Counted from the stretch's first letter, positions 34,401-43,855 are shown. The stretch is 64,000 bases of DNA from Candidatus Poribacteria bacterium (GCA_046582655.1 JAYGDX010000292.1:1-64000); one strand, 5' to 3'. Translations and numbers: made by a program. The notes: generated by a model from the letters alone, not told the origin.

Positions 34401-34545
34401 ACTTTTCTACGTCGGTATGACGCGAGCGAAAGAGCGATTATACTTCACCTCCGTTCGACAGCGCCAGGGAAATCGTGTTCAGGCAGCATCAATGTTTATC
34501 GATGAAATTCCAGAGGATTTGATACAAAGTTGGGCATCAAAATAG
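31432..34545 (+). CDS. UvrD/PcrA-family helicase with a large insertion of degenerate RecJ-like and DnaQ-like segments
   Basis: AGPGTGKT, TFTNKAA, VDEYQD, QSIYSWRG, LMTVHAAKGMEY, EEDRRLFYVGMTRAK. Insert at about 33019-33920. Confidence 0.9.
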   Translation: MEVLRDLNAKQAEAVEHFENAILVIAGPGTGKTKVITHRIAHLIRHHNILPEQILAVTFTNKAAQEMLDRVMEQNLVDSDNSLGVRIHTFHAFCVSLIREYTSEIGLPRNFAIFDQEMQDAILIECIREQHTSQFNFLLPSLRDIVGSYKSKFGDLDSDITEFETYSGRKITDRDEIEAILDLISTYQAKLDSHHALDFTDLIAKSVRLLKQNLIVRERYQRELKFILVDEYQDINEPQYELLKLLCRQPENNLMAVADSDQSIYSWRGSDPKFINQFKADYHPKVVKLTDHYRCHKNILDAARSVITKNLEYNTIDLNTHQITQQNPIIHYTLQDPDQEADHVIKIIRYLTEECDYKFGDIAVFYRNHLVANKLENRLIDENQSGEEEREIPFQRVGGEISFREQFAKNVVAYLNFVEWRDMPLQAERAINFPQRRLIDISLARLKLLAQCKGIEFCDIIERVDDYPQYFGPLTRKNINQFLAQINYMKSKLEEKNVVEIVDELFLSLAEWRLPYLDSEILELRSEAEIPNVQEAVAVLYQAIFQQEPIQIISGNDIDASCAVYIIQQVLNDYLDTKIEVEKKGDLDNIQIIINGGKFVIQISPLSATEDSFIIQIRYTVLSIVALKLCQRLISKFERQNFEDFVVYDLATVGNNPKWAEIIEVVATKLDQMGEPLESRHQLVKPTGWIPQTSVNSYNITSQMVANKPSIEEVLPSFINFIDNQVLVGHNVASFDNEIIRRDLVKHLNQEFRNTVYCDIMAIAQRLYPRQNPAFEALVEKFNIMESGSRPTGIVDTTLRIFRQLVNEDTKRRELTSLSESLPLVGLAILYRSETAPKYNQILYQASLRYLRNHQIQSYADFLNHIDSISQAERLINQLVQNVENFKESSLDLRKSQDIDWEERTLDFMKDLSNFEQNFDAEEIGISDFLKYFNLINREPEIDKDELTLMTVHAAKGMEYRAVIIMGMEDGVFPIRYRDQTRQEIEEDRRLFYVGMTRAKERLYFTSVRQRQGNRVQAASMFIDEIPEDLIQSWASK

Positions 34546-34647
34546 ATCTAAGTCTCGCTCTATTATACAACTGTTTTTCTCAGTCGTTCCCACAAGCAAA
34601 ATTCGCTGGGCTCAAGCAAAGTTTGGATTTTATTGGGAAGTTGGATG

Positions 34648-34665
34648 CCAATTGACGTCAATTGG
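34648..34665. terminator. 18-bp perfect palindrome CCAATTGACGTCAATTGG between convergent genes
   Basis: Seen directly; the stem extends imperfectly (TTGGA...TCCGA). Confidence 0.5.
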
Positions 34666-34757
34666 TCCGATTGAAGCGCTGTGTTGCTAATCAGTTCTAC
34701 CACGCATATGGATTTTTTGGCAAGACTAGTCCTTGTATACGTTTATCTACATTTTTA

Positions 34758-35687
34758 CTAAGCTAAAGTGTGCAATTTCAATTTTGTAAAAAAATCACCA
34801 AAAACCTTGTCCCGTGATACTGACCGAGCGATTCGAATCATGTGTCGGGAAGTATCAACACTCCAAGTGAATTGGTCTGTAAGAACTGGGCTGTGGACTA
34901 AGTTTGTTGGAATCCAGTTCGGGTTGACGACATATGCTGTAGCAGAAAGATCCCAAATCACTTTTGACCAACCAAAGTGATCTTTGCCGTAATTTTTAAA
35001 AATTTCTGCCAAGTAATCGCCAATTTCACCTTGTCCTTGGATGTGTCGTTCTATCTCTGGAACTGTTGTCGCCAGATGATCAGCAACTCCTGCACAAGGA
35101 ATCTGAACCAAAGGTACGCCACAATCGAAGATCAGCTTGGAAGCCTTAATATCCTGACGAAGATTGAATTCTAATGTGTTAGGCCAATAGTGTGCATGAC
35201 CGCCGAGCCAAACGACAACGATTTTTTCGATAATTGTCGGTTCTAGGAGAATTGCGGTCGCTACGTTGGTGATTGCACCGATGGCAACAACATACAATGG
35301 GTTAAGATCATCAGAAACTATTGCCTGTTTAATTAGGTTATCTGTTGCCTCGGATTCTTGTGGATTTTCCATGTTATCGAGATATGCCGTCGATCCTCGA
35401 TAGACCAAACCCTTCGGTTCTACGTCCAGTCGGCCTAGAAGACTAAGTGCTTCCTGATAACTCTTTTCCATCCCATCGGCAGGGTTTTTTGATCGGGAAT
35501 TGGAAAACGGGGCAGCGTGGATCGATTCTAGGGTCAGGTTGTCCGGTGATAACAGAGCGTGAACCACAGCGAATTGATCGTCAATTTCGTTGTACGTGTC
35601 AGTGTCAAGAACTAGGCGAACTTTCCCTGTAGGGGGAGTTAGTCGTTTGATTAGTTCAGAAGTTGTCAACTTTGGAAACTTAACCAT
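34758..35687 (-). CDS. Inosine/uridine-preferring nucleoside hydrolase family
   Basis: LDTDTYNEIDD, IGAITNVA, WLGG, EFN, IWD. Confidence 0.9.
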   Translation of the reverse strand: MVKFPKLTTSELIKRLTPPTGKVRLVLDTDTYNEIDDQFAVVHALLSPDNLTLESIHAAPFSNSRSKNPADGMEKSYQEALSLLGRLDVEPKGLVYRGSTAYLDNMENPQESEATDNLIKQAIVSDDLNPLYVVAIGAITNVATAILLEPTIIEKIVVVWLGGHAHYWPNTLEFNLRQDIKASKLIFDCGVPLVQIPCAGVADHLATTVPEIERHIQGQGEIGDYLAEIFKNYGKDHFGWSKVIWDLSATAYVVNPNWIPTNLVHSPVLTDQFTWSVDTSRHMIRIARSVSRDKVFGDFFTKLKLHTLA

Positions 35688-35720
35688 TTATTTCCTCTTG
35701 GCGAAATTTATTTAAATATC

Positions 35721-37337
35721 TCACGGGTGGCGCTCACCCGGTTTCGGTTTTGCTTTTGTAGCGGTTCTTTCTGGGCCAAATCGGATATGGAGTCCGGAAT
35801 AAGCGATTGGATGATCGCTAAACACTATGCGCGTAAGTAACCAAAAAATGGTTATTATAACTAAGGTAATAACGGTGCCGTAAAAGGCTATATCCATTAA
35901 CCAAGTCACACAGTTTATGAACAGGGGAACAATTTCTTTGGCCGGTGAGGGTTTCAGGGCCATCAAGATGGTGGCGATGATGGCGTTAAAGGTAATCACA
36001 CCTTCAGTGACAAGACGATGCGGCGAAAATCCGGTTAGCGCCCTTTCAAAGTTAAAGGTCACGATCCACCATAAAAATACCAGGTACAGAAGTTGACTTC
36101 TACCAAGCCAGCTTTCTGGTATCAGATCGATGGGGTTTTTGGTATGCGCCGTTAAGATTAAGATGAATGCAATACCAACTGAGACATAGATTATCTCAAA
36201 CCAACCAAAGAATCCCTTGGAGCGTAGGAACAAACCAACAGTTGGTAGGCCGAAGAACTTTTCTGGGAGTGATTCGACTTGTTCAATCCATGTACCGGCT
36301 GCTTTTCTGTGGTTGAGGTAAGTGATAATTACCAACACAAACACAACTGCAAAAATGTGTGTCCAAACAGGAAGATCTGTTGCGGCAGTGATTCGTGGAG
36401 TTAGGATTGAAAGCGTTCCGACACCTGCAACTAAGGCGATGCCGAACAAAAAACCCTGTATTTGTTCGAGAATGCTGTGCCAATTGGTTTGTAACCCGGT
36501 TTTGATAAAAAGAAGTTTGATCTGTTGCCCAGATGCAAAACCAATCCCGCCCACAATACCAGTTAATAAGATAGCTAAGGCTACTTGCTCAAGGCCATTG
36601 CGGAAACAGAAGACCAAGGCACCCAATACAATCCCCACGCAACCTGACCAATTGTCGCCACGCGGTGGTGTCATCCGGAGTTTTAATAGATTGACCAATA
36701 CCAGAAACGCCACGTACCAACCCACTCCCATATGCAAAATCAATGAGGTAGAGAAATCAAAACCTCCGCGCATTATGACCACAATCAGAACCGCAATCAT
36801 GGCAATCAACACATCAAGCCAATCGGTGTCATACCAGTATAAGGGGCTTTCGTGGCGTTGCATAGGGTGTCGATGGAAAAACAAGTCAACGAAAAACTGT
36901 TGGAGTGCCCAACCGATAAAAACTACTAAGAAGGGAAAAAAAAAGAGTTTCAGTTGATCACTCGTTAGAATGGCAGGCATGGCTATTGCTATTCCGCCGG
37001 GGGCAGACCACAAGAATCCGATAACGAATAGATTGGCAAATCCATAAAAAATTGTTAGCGAGTGTCCGGAGTGTGTGTATGATACAACCTGCATATATGA
37101 CATGCTACCGCCAAATGACCAACCAATAGCACCAAACATGGCAAAGTAATGAATTCGTTGCCACCAATCCGGGCGTCCGGACATGATGACAATTGCCATG
37201 CTAGCTAGGGCTCCTGGCATAGCAGCACCGATCTCATGCCCAAAATTACCGCGGATCCCCCACCCAATTGACAAGGACAACGCACCGAGTATCCACATTT
37301 CCCAAGGTATTTGTGAAAGGTATGCGGTCAGTTCCAT
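35721..37337 (-). CDS. Conserved-looking multi-pass membrane protein of unknown function
   Basis: 538 aa with many TM segments; SIGWGIRGNFGHE, GGSMSY, RGDNW, NWHSILEQ. Confidence 0.8.
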   Translation of the reverse strand: MELTAYLSQIPWEMWILGALSLSIGWGIRGNFGHEIGAAMPGALASMAIVIMSGRPDWWQRIHYFAMFGAIGWSFGGSMSYMQVVSYTHSGHSLTIFYGFANLFVIGFLWSAPGGIAIAMPAILTSDQLKLFFFPFLVVFIGWALQQFFVDLFFHRHPMQRHESPLYWYDTDWLDVLIAMIAVLIVVIMRGGFDFSTSLILHMGVGWYVAFLVLVNLLKLRMTPPRGDNWSGCVGIVLGALVFCFRNGLEQVALAILLTGIVGGIGFASGQQIKLLFIKTGLQTNWHSILEQIQGFLFGIALVAGVGTLSILTPRITAATDLPVWTHIFAVVFVLVIITYLNHRKAAGTWIEQVESLPEKFFGLPTVGLFLRSKGFFGWFEIIYVSVGIAFILILTAHTKNPIDLIPESWLGRSQLLYLVFLWWIVTFNFERALTGFSPHRLVTEGVITFNAIIATILMALKPSPAKEIVPLFINCVTWLMDIAFYGTVITLVIITIFWLLTRIVFSDHPIAYSGLHIRFGPERTATKAKPKPGERHP

Positions 37338-37519
37338 TTTTCACCCATTGTTTATTGGTTTATGGCTGACATACTTGTGGTGAAAAGAATGTAAGGCTGG
37401 TTGAGTTGATACAGACTGTTTCAAGTATGCGTATGGATTGTATACAAAGTAGTAACATTGGATTTTTTAATAGAGATAGTTTAGCTTACTGTCAATTATT
37501 GATTGGTTTTCGACGTCAA

Positions 37520-38962
37520 TTACATTTCCACTTGTTCCCAATCGAGTAGGTTCTGGTCCCACTCAAATACCTGTAATGGTCCGAATTTGAGGTTAATTGT
37601 TAAACTCTTTGGTGTAGGTGAGGTATCAAAAAGGTTGAAGTCACGGATAACAACATAAGTGTGTGCTCCATTGGAAATTCCTTGGCAGGCTTGAATGAAT
37701 GAATCCAGATCCTCAATCTGATGACCGTTAATTTCCTGAATTACGACCTTGGAGTTTCCGCTTCTTTCACGCCGGCCTAGCATTGAAAAACTGCTACCTG
37801 CATCTGCTTGTGGAAGATAAACACCGTTGGCTTCAAAGTAAAGTAATCTTCTTAATTTGGGTGTGATATCGTGAAAGATTGAACCGGCAAAACGGGCAAA
37901 TCTGCTAATCTTTCTCTGCTCTAGGTTTTCTACCGGAACATCCATAAAAATGCTCTCTCCATTTCGATAAATTTCTAAATTGATGGTGTTGTCAACCCGC
38001 TCGTTCAGAATAAAATCAAATCCGTACAGATCATCACGAATAAGTTGGCCATTGATTCGGTAGATGATATCTGAAGCGCGCAGGAATTGATTCCCTGTTG
38101 TTCTAGGGATGATGGACGCAATCTGCATGACTTTGGGTGTACTAGCTTCGGAGGGACCAATCTCAAGTCGAGATTTTTCTGGAAGCTTAAAATGCTTGAT
38201 TGCTTCACCAATAGATATCAGTTCTAGATCAACGCCAATTTCTCCGTGTTGAATTTTTGAATTATTCTGAATTTGTTTTAAAGCGTCAATTAGGTATTCG
38301 ATTGGCAATTCAAAACTTGATGTATCGGTACCACGTGCATGGATAGCTACCACTTCGCCTTTTGTATTCCAGACAGGACTTCCGCTGGAACCACCTGTGC
38401 GATCAAAAGTGGAGTGGATGTAACTGGAGTGACGGTCTCCTTTATCTACGTTGAGATTGGCTACGGTGCCGAACTTAATTGAATATTCCTCTTTTTCATT
38501 GTTTCCGATCAGTAGAAGTTCATCGCCCAAAGCCAGTGCCTTCCAAGAACCCAGTTGTACAGCTTGCAGTTCAAAAGGTATTTCTTCCGGATAGATCTGG
38601 TAAAAACCGAAGTCATGGGTGGGATTGTAATAAAGCACATGTGCCTCGGTAAAACTTCCATCATAGAAATTAATTTTCACGTAAGATGGGCTGCTGCCCG
38701 TTACATGTCGGTTAGTAGCGATGATTCCACGCTTGGCGTCAATGACAAAACCAGAGGCAAAACTAGTACCTTTTACCTCTGTTTCAAAGACAATTTCCGA
38801 TGAGGTTTCAACATTAACGACCATCGGTTTAAAAGCCTTAATCTGTTCTGTCCAATTGTGCTCAGCTATTCCCTTGAAAACACAACAAACTATGCCAAGC
38901 AAGATTAGCAAATTCCGAATATGAAAACATGCAGACTGACACCTGACTTTCATAAAAACCAT
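37520..38962 (-). CDS. Secreted S1C serine protease with PDZ domains (Nma111/Deg7-like)
   Basis: Catalytic triad in TNRHV, HDFGF and GGSSGSPV; PDZ-like segments; signal peptide. Confidence 0.85.
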   Translation of the reverse strand: MVFMKVRCQSACFHIRNLLILLGIVCCVFKGIAEHNWTEQIKAFKPMVVNVETSSEIVFETEVKGTSFASGFVIDAKRGIIATNRHVTGSSPSYVKINFYDGSFTEAHVLYYNPTHDFGFYQIYPEEIPFELQAVQLGSWKALALGDELLLIGNNEKEEYSIKFGTVANLNVDKGDRHSSYIHSTFDRTGGSSGSPVWNTKGEVVAIHARGTDTSSFELPIEYLIDALKQIQNNSKIQHGEIGVDLELISIGEAIKHFKLPEKSRLEIGPSEASTPKVMQIASIIPRTTGNQFLRASDIIYRINGQLIRDDLYGFDFILNERVDNTINLEIYRNGESIFMDVPVENLEQRKISRFARFAGSIFHDITPKLRRLLYFEANGVYLPQADAGSSFSMLGRRERSGNSKVVIQEINGHQIEDLDSFIQACQGISNGAHTYVVIRDFNLFDTSPTPKSLTINLKFGPLQVFEWDQNLLDWEQVEM

Positions 38963-39280
38963 TTTCTATCTCCTTTACTTTAAACGTGGGTAAAATAACA
39001 CGAATGTGATTGTTCAATCAAGCCAAAACCGTTGGTCGTTTTTTCGAATGTGCTCACCTACAGTTGGTACTAGGATTGACAATCTTATCACGTTTTGAAA
39101 TAATCTTTTTGTGAAGATACTGGTTTAGTTCAAAGTATTGCTTAGACAGGCAACACCTGATCAAACGGTAAATCATATAATTGAAAAATATTACTAAATT
39201 TGATACTGCTGGAGTATCAGTTGCCTGGAATATGGTTATTTTTCGTTTAAATATAATTATCAAATCAGTTGAGAAAAAAT

Positions 39281-40290
39281 ATGAAAAATTGGATCTGGTT
39301 GCATCCCGACACAAGTGAAACACCAGAAAAATGGAAAAGGCAATTTAACCAATTTCGCCAAGCTGGAATTGATGCCATTTTACCTTGCTTATATACTGGT
39401 TCTCAGGCATTCTATAATAGCGGGCATTTACCAGTTGCCGGTGAAATACTAGAAGGAATGTTGCCTATAGCGAAGGCGACTGGTTTGGAGTTGCATGTAT
39501 GGATGATTGCCCTAAGATGCAACATTCCACAGATTCAAAAGGAGCATCCGGAATGGTTTTGTGTCAGCCGGAATGGCGAATCTTCGCTGAAGAAACTGCC
39601 TTATGTCGGATATTACCAATGGCTTTGTCCTTCTGTTCCAGACGTTAGCCATTTCGTTAACCGTACTGTTGCCGAACTAGCGAGTTACGATCAACTTGAC
39701 GGCATTCATCTTAACTATATACGCCATCCCGATGTTATTTTACCGGCCGCTTTGCAACCTGAACACAATTTAGTGCAAGATCGTGAATATCCGGAGTTTG
39801 ATTTTGCTGTTCGGAAACCTGTCGTGCTCTATTTTATCAAAAACATGGTATTGATCCGCTGGACTTGGAAGATCCAACTGTAGATCAAGATTGGCGTGAG
39901 TTCCGTTATGAAGGAATCCGGCAGATCGTTAGCAGTGCAGCCAAAAACAAAGGGGATAAACTCCTGTCAGCCGCAGTTTTCGCTACACCTGAATTAGCCA
40001 GAAAATATGTCCGTCAAGATTGGCCGAAATGGGATCTTGATGTGGCCTTTCCGATGATTCATCACAATTTTTATGATAAACCAATTGAATGGGTTAAAAC
40101 GGCAACATAGCAGGGAGTTGAAGCTCTAGGTGGAAAGTGCCCACTGTATACTGGTGTCTATGTACCAGCTATTCCAGCTGAGGATGTTGAACGTATGGTA
40201 GAATACGCCCAAAGTGGTGGTGCTGATTGATGGTATCTCATTCTTCTCTGCTGAGTCAATGGATGATAATTATTTTGTTGCTTTGAGACG
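39281..40290 (+). pseudogene. GHL10/DUF187 family glycosyl hydrolase-like pseudogene
   Basis: GLELHVW, HPEW, WLCPS, DGIHLNYIRHP; frameshift near 39805; RQDWPKW; in-frame TAG at 40108-40110 followed by QGVEALGGKCPLYTG; further shift near 40228. Confidence 0.8.
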
Positions 40291-40388
40291 GACGTTGACT
40301 TAAAATTATAATAATATAAAGCAGTTTCTCTCTATGCCTAAACTGATTTTGGTAAAAGTCTAAAAGTTTAGATTCAAAGGGGTGCAGA

Positions 40389-41267
40389 ATGCCAATTGGA
40401 AGAGTATCATACCGACAGAATTTACCTCGTCTTGGTAATAGCAAAATTGTAGCGATTCTGATGACTGTATTTGGCTTCATGTCATGTCTTCCTTCAATCG
40501 GTAACGCCCGTAATTACTATCCAGTGGCAATAGGAAATAATTGGGTTTTCCGTCAGACGGATGATAAGGATACCAGCCGAATTATTGAAATCGGCAAATT
40601 AACTAAAGAGATGATGCAACCTGAACAGGGAGAGCCGTTGGAACTGCCAGGTAACTTAAGAAAGGAAAACATGCGGGTTATTTTAGATCGGATAGAGACA
40701 AAAGGGCAACAGGTTGGTCGCAATCGGAGGATGCCGACAACCAAACGTTTTGTTTTTACCAAAGCTGATGGCATCAAACAAATTGGATTGAGTTATGAGT
40801 TTCCATCAAGAAACAATAATCGACAAGGTTGGGCGATGACTTTTAAGTATGATCCGCCCCAAGATTATGTTCCCAACTCGATTCGTCTGGCTACAAAGTG
40901 GACATTGGAGGGTGAACACGATAATGTTCGGTGGGGAAGAGTAATCACAAGGAAAGTAAATCGGGAAGTGGTTAAGCTCGAAAATGTTCGTTGTCCTGCG
41001 GGAACTTTTCGAAATTGCCTTAAAGTGTCAGAAGTTCGTGTTTTTGAAAGAGGTGGTGTGGAACGTCGTGGGTCATCGGTCGGGTATATTTGGCTGGCTC
41101 CTAAGGTTGGGCCGGTTAAAATGAGTATGCCAATTTGGCGAGGTGGCGGGGGAGAAAGAGTTTTTGAACTGGTTAAGTATCAGTCGTCACTTAGCGTGGA
41201 AAAGCAAAAAGAAAGTTTGTCAATGACTTGGGGTGACGTAAAGAAGAGTCCTAAATTATTTAATTAA
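40389..41267 (+). CDS. Secreted protein (YYP..GN.W beta-rich domain) with a Poribacteria-type C-terminal tail
   Basis: Signal peptide, NYYPVAIGNNW, VRCPAGTF.NCLKV, WLAPKVGPVK, C-terminal SLSVEKQKESLSMTWGDVKK. Confidence 0.8.
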   Translation: MPIGRVSYRQNLPRLGNSKIVAILMTVFGFMSCLPSIGNARNYYPVAIGNNWVFRQTDDKDTSRIIEIGKLTKEMMQPEQGEPLELPGNLRKENMRVILDRIETKGQQVGRNRRMPTTKRFVFTKADGIKQIGLSYEFPSRNNNRQGWAMTFKYDPPQDYVPNSIRLATKWTLEGEHDNVRWGRVITRKVNREVVKLENVRCPAGTFRNCLKVSEVRVFERGGVERRGSSVGYIWLAPKVGPVKMSMPIWRGGGGERVFELVKYQSSLSVEKQKESLSMTWGDVKKSPKLFN

Positions 41268-41577
41268 CTCAGTTTTAAAGTTTAATTAACTCTCGTTTAG
41301 AAAAGACATCTAGGTGCAAACTGAAGGAAAGGTAAACTACTAATTTATATGGCTTTTCAGTAAAAGCTGTTATTCCTGTCGATATTCTCACCGTTTCTGA
41401 ATCATCCCCAACAGAGTTTTGTGATGCTTCTTACCTGAATTTACATTAAGTTTCCTTAGTGGCTTGATTCTCTATGCCAAGTTTTACGCTTGCCAATATT
41501 TGAGATGTAGCCTTGCCTGTGTACCTTAGTTTTCAGTTACTTTAGTTATCTGGATAAATATAGTGTCTAGTGGCGGT

Positions 41578-41608
41578 AATAATTTCCGACTTGGGATCGG
41601 AAATTATT
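41578..41608. other. 12-bp perfect inverted repeat (AATAATTTCCGA-N7-TCGGAAATTATT)
   Basis: Seen directly in a long non-coding or decayed stretch. Confidence 0.55.
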
Positions 41609-41863
41609 CTTAATTGCTAAATCAGGACTAAAATTCGATGTTTTCTAGGTAGGGTCGTTGGCTAAATATTGCCTTTTCAAAAAAGATTTTGGGAAATCAA
41701 TGCCCCGAAAATCCAATCATAATTCATGGCAAGAGCTATCACTAGAAATTAGCCATAGTGAACATCATTACCCTTGGTACGGTTTTTGCCTTAGTTAGGG
41801 GGAATTCTTGAACTGACGAAAAATTGACAATTGAAGGCAAAATTTAAGGAGAGCTAACTGAAG

Positions 41864-42166
41864 ATGAAAAAGAGAACTAAACGTCCCAAGAGCATCTTGG
41901 TTGAATTTCAGCCCAAAATCGAAGTCGTTATTGACGGCTATGACGTGGAAGATACTTACGATATTCAGAATGTTGCACGGATTATTGATGACTGCAAGAT
42001 GAGATTGGTTGATGCAGTCTTTCCTACTGGAAGGTTGAATATAAGAAGTTTCGGTGAGAACTTTAAGCTGGGAAAGGATGCTTCTGGGAACCCTGAAAAA
42101 ACTTATAGTAGATCGAAGGGGTGGATAAATTTGGCAGAATCAGATGCCAAATTTGCCAAAGTGTGA
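41864..42166 (+). CDS. Small hypothetical protein
   Basis: 100-aa ORF with a TAAGGAGAG RBS; no family recognised. Confidence 0.55.
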   Translation: MKKRTKRPKSILVEFQPKIEVVIDGYDVEDTYDIQNVARIIDDCKMRLVDAVFPTGRLNIRSFGENFKLGKDASGNPEKTYSRSKGWINLAESDAKFAKV

Positions 42167-42721
42167 ATATCGGGAATCAGAAAGAACAAAGCAGGATTGT
42201 TGGTAACCTGAGCCATAGCCATGTTGAGAAACTCCAGCCTGTGATGTGCTTGATTACCAGTTAGGAGTATCGGGGGTGTCGGCATGCATTTGAATGCAGG
42301 TTTTGAGCACCTCGACGGCGTGTTGCCTGTTGAGTTTGTAGTCGTTGATGAGAGCGCTTAGAACACTGTTTGAAATTGTGCAGCCTATAAGAAGGGTGGA
42401 ACAAATGTTTTGTTCAAATTGATTTTGGACTATGTTGCGCGGGCACATAATCTAGGCTTTTCAGGTCACCTACATTTTTCGGGACAAGTCCTGTTGAATC
42501 ATCGGCAGAAGCCTCTCTGTCAACTCTATTATTTGATCGTGATATTTGGGATCGTTTCGACCTGTTTTCAATAAATTTTGACAAGGCCGTTCTCAGAGCA
42601 CCGCTTGCCCACTCTTTCGGGGCTCTGATCAATAAAATCGGGTTTCTTTGCCTCGAGAAAATTCCTTTCTCCCCGCTGAGTACGTCAAGCGGATCCGCCT
42701 TATTTTAAATCAACTAACTTT

Positions 42722-43855
42722 TCAAGTAGTGACACATTCGGTAATTGTTTGTTGATTAATGGTGAATATTGCCTCTAATTTCTGGTTACCAACAAACATT
42801 TTTCTGTGAGTGTCAAAGAACTCGAACTCTCCATCCAAAAGATCCAAGACAGTTATATCTGCGGGGGATCCAATCTTGAGACGTCCAATCTCATCATCAC
42901 GCTGAATTGCTTTGGCTGGTTGGATGGTCGCCTTTTCAATAACTTCCTCTAACGATAGACCAAGATGTAGAAATTTTGATAAAGTAGTTGGCAGATTATA
43001 AACAGGTCCGTTGATATTACCAGTGTGCAAATCAGTACTAATTACATCTGAAATAAATCCCTGTTCCATTGCCTGTTTTGCAACATCGTAGCTGAAACTT
43101 CCCCCTCCGTGTCCAACGTCGAAGATGACACCATCCTGACGAGCTGCCCAGGCGTCGGGGATAACTCTTCCTTTTTCATCAAGAATAGAGTCTCCTCTTC
43201 CTTGAAAACAGTGGGTGATCACATCTCTTGGTCGCATAAGCTTTAAGATTTCAGGAAGCGAAACGCCAGCACCGATATGGCACATAACAGGAACACCGGC
43301 TCGCTCGGCCGCCTCTATAGCCAGCTTTAACGGTTCGACCCCATTATCACCAACTTGAGCTCCACCCTGACGAACTTTAACACCAACAATCAGATCGCGA
43401 TTCTTGATAATTGTGTCTGCGACCTTTCCGGGATCTGCGTATCGAAGATCAAGCATCTCCCCCACCGGGCCATAGACTAACCCAATTCCAGATATATGCA
43501 GATAACATAATATACGTGTTTGGGTTGGTTGTACAATGTAGTTGCGAAAGCCGGAAAAAGTTGCCCAACCAGAACTGCCCGCATCGACGATGGTAGTTAC
43601 TCCCGTCGTTTGACAAGCTGGATCGGCTGCAACACCCCAAGTCGTGACGCCTACATAAACATGAGCATGGATATCAACTAATCCTGGCACCACATATTTT
43701 CCTGAAACAGAAATGGTTCGTTCGGCTTTTTGTGGATCAATGTTTTTCGATACTGCAGCGACCTGGCCATTGGCAATCGCAACATCGACCTGATCGTTTA
43801 AACCCTCTGATGGAGCAATAACAGTTCCGTCTTTAAGTAATATGTCGTATTCCAT
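42722..43855 (-). CDS. Amidohydrolase/deacetylase family metallohydrolase (dihydroorotase-like)
   Basis: PGLVDIHAH, GVTTIVDAGS, GVKVR, THCF, DVGHG, ISTDLH. Confidence 0.9.
   Translation of the reverse strand: MEYDILLKDGTVIAPSEGLNDQVDVAIANGQVAAVSKNIDPQKAERTISVSGKYVVPGLVDIHAHVYVGVTTWGVAADPACQTTGVTTIVDAGSSGWATFSGFRNYIVQPTQTRILCYLHISGIGLVYGPVGEMLDLRYADPGKVADTIIKNRDLIVGVKVRQGGAQVGDNGVEPLKLAIEAAERAGVPVMCHIGAGVSLPEILKLMRPRDVITHCFQGRGDSILDEKGRVIPDAWAARQDGVIFDVGHGGGSFSYDVAKQAMEQGFISDVISTDLHTGNINGPVYNLPTTLSKFLHLGLSLEEVIEKATIQPAKAIQRDDEIGRLKIGSPADITVLDLLDGEFEFFDTHRKMFVGNQKLEAIFTINQQTITECVTT

Noticed and set aside
40108..40110. In-frame TAG as possible pyrrolysine or readthrough codon
   Set aside because: The same gene also has frameshifts, TAG ends normal genes here (yebC, the helicase), and no pyl genes were seen.
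41259..41292. 12-bp direct repeat TTTAATTAACTC x2 (and the 19-bp duplication at 6554) as CRISPR or iterons
   Set aside because: Only two AT-rich copies, with no spacer array and no cas or rep gene; no CRISPR array was found in the window.
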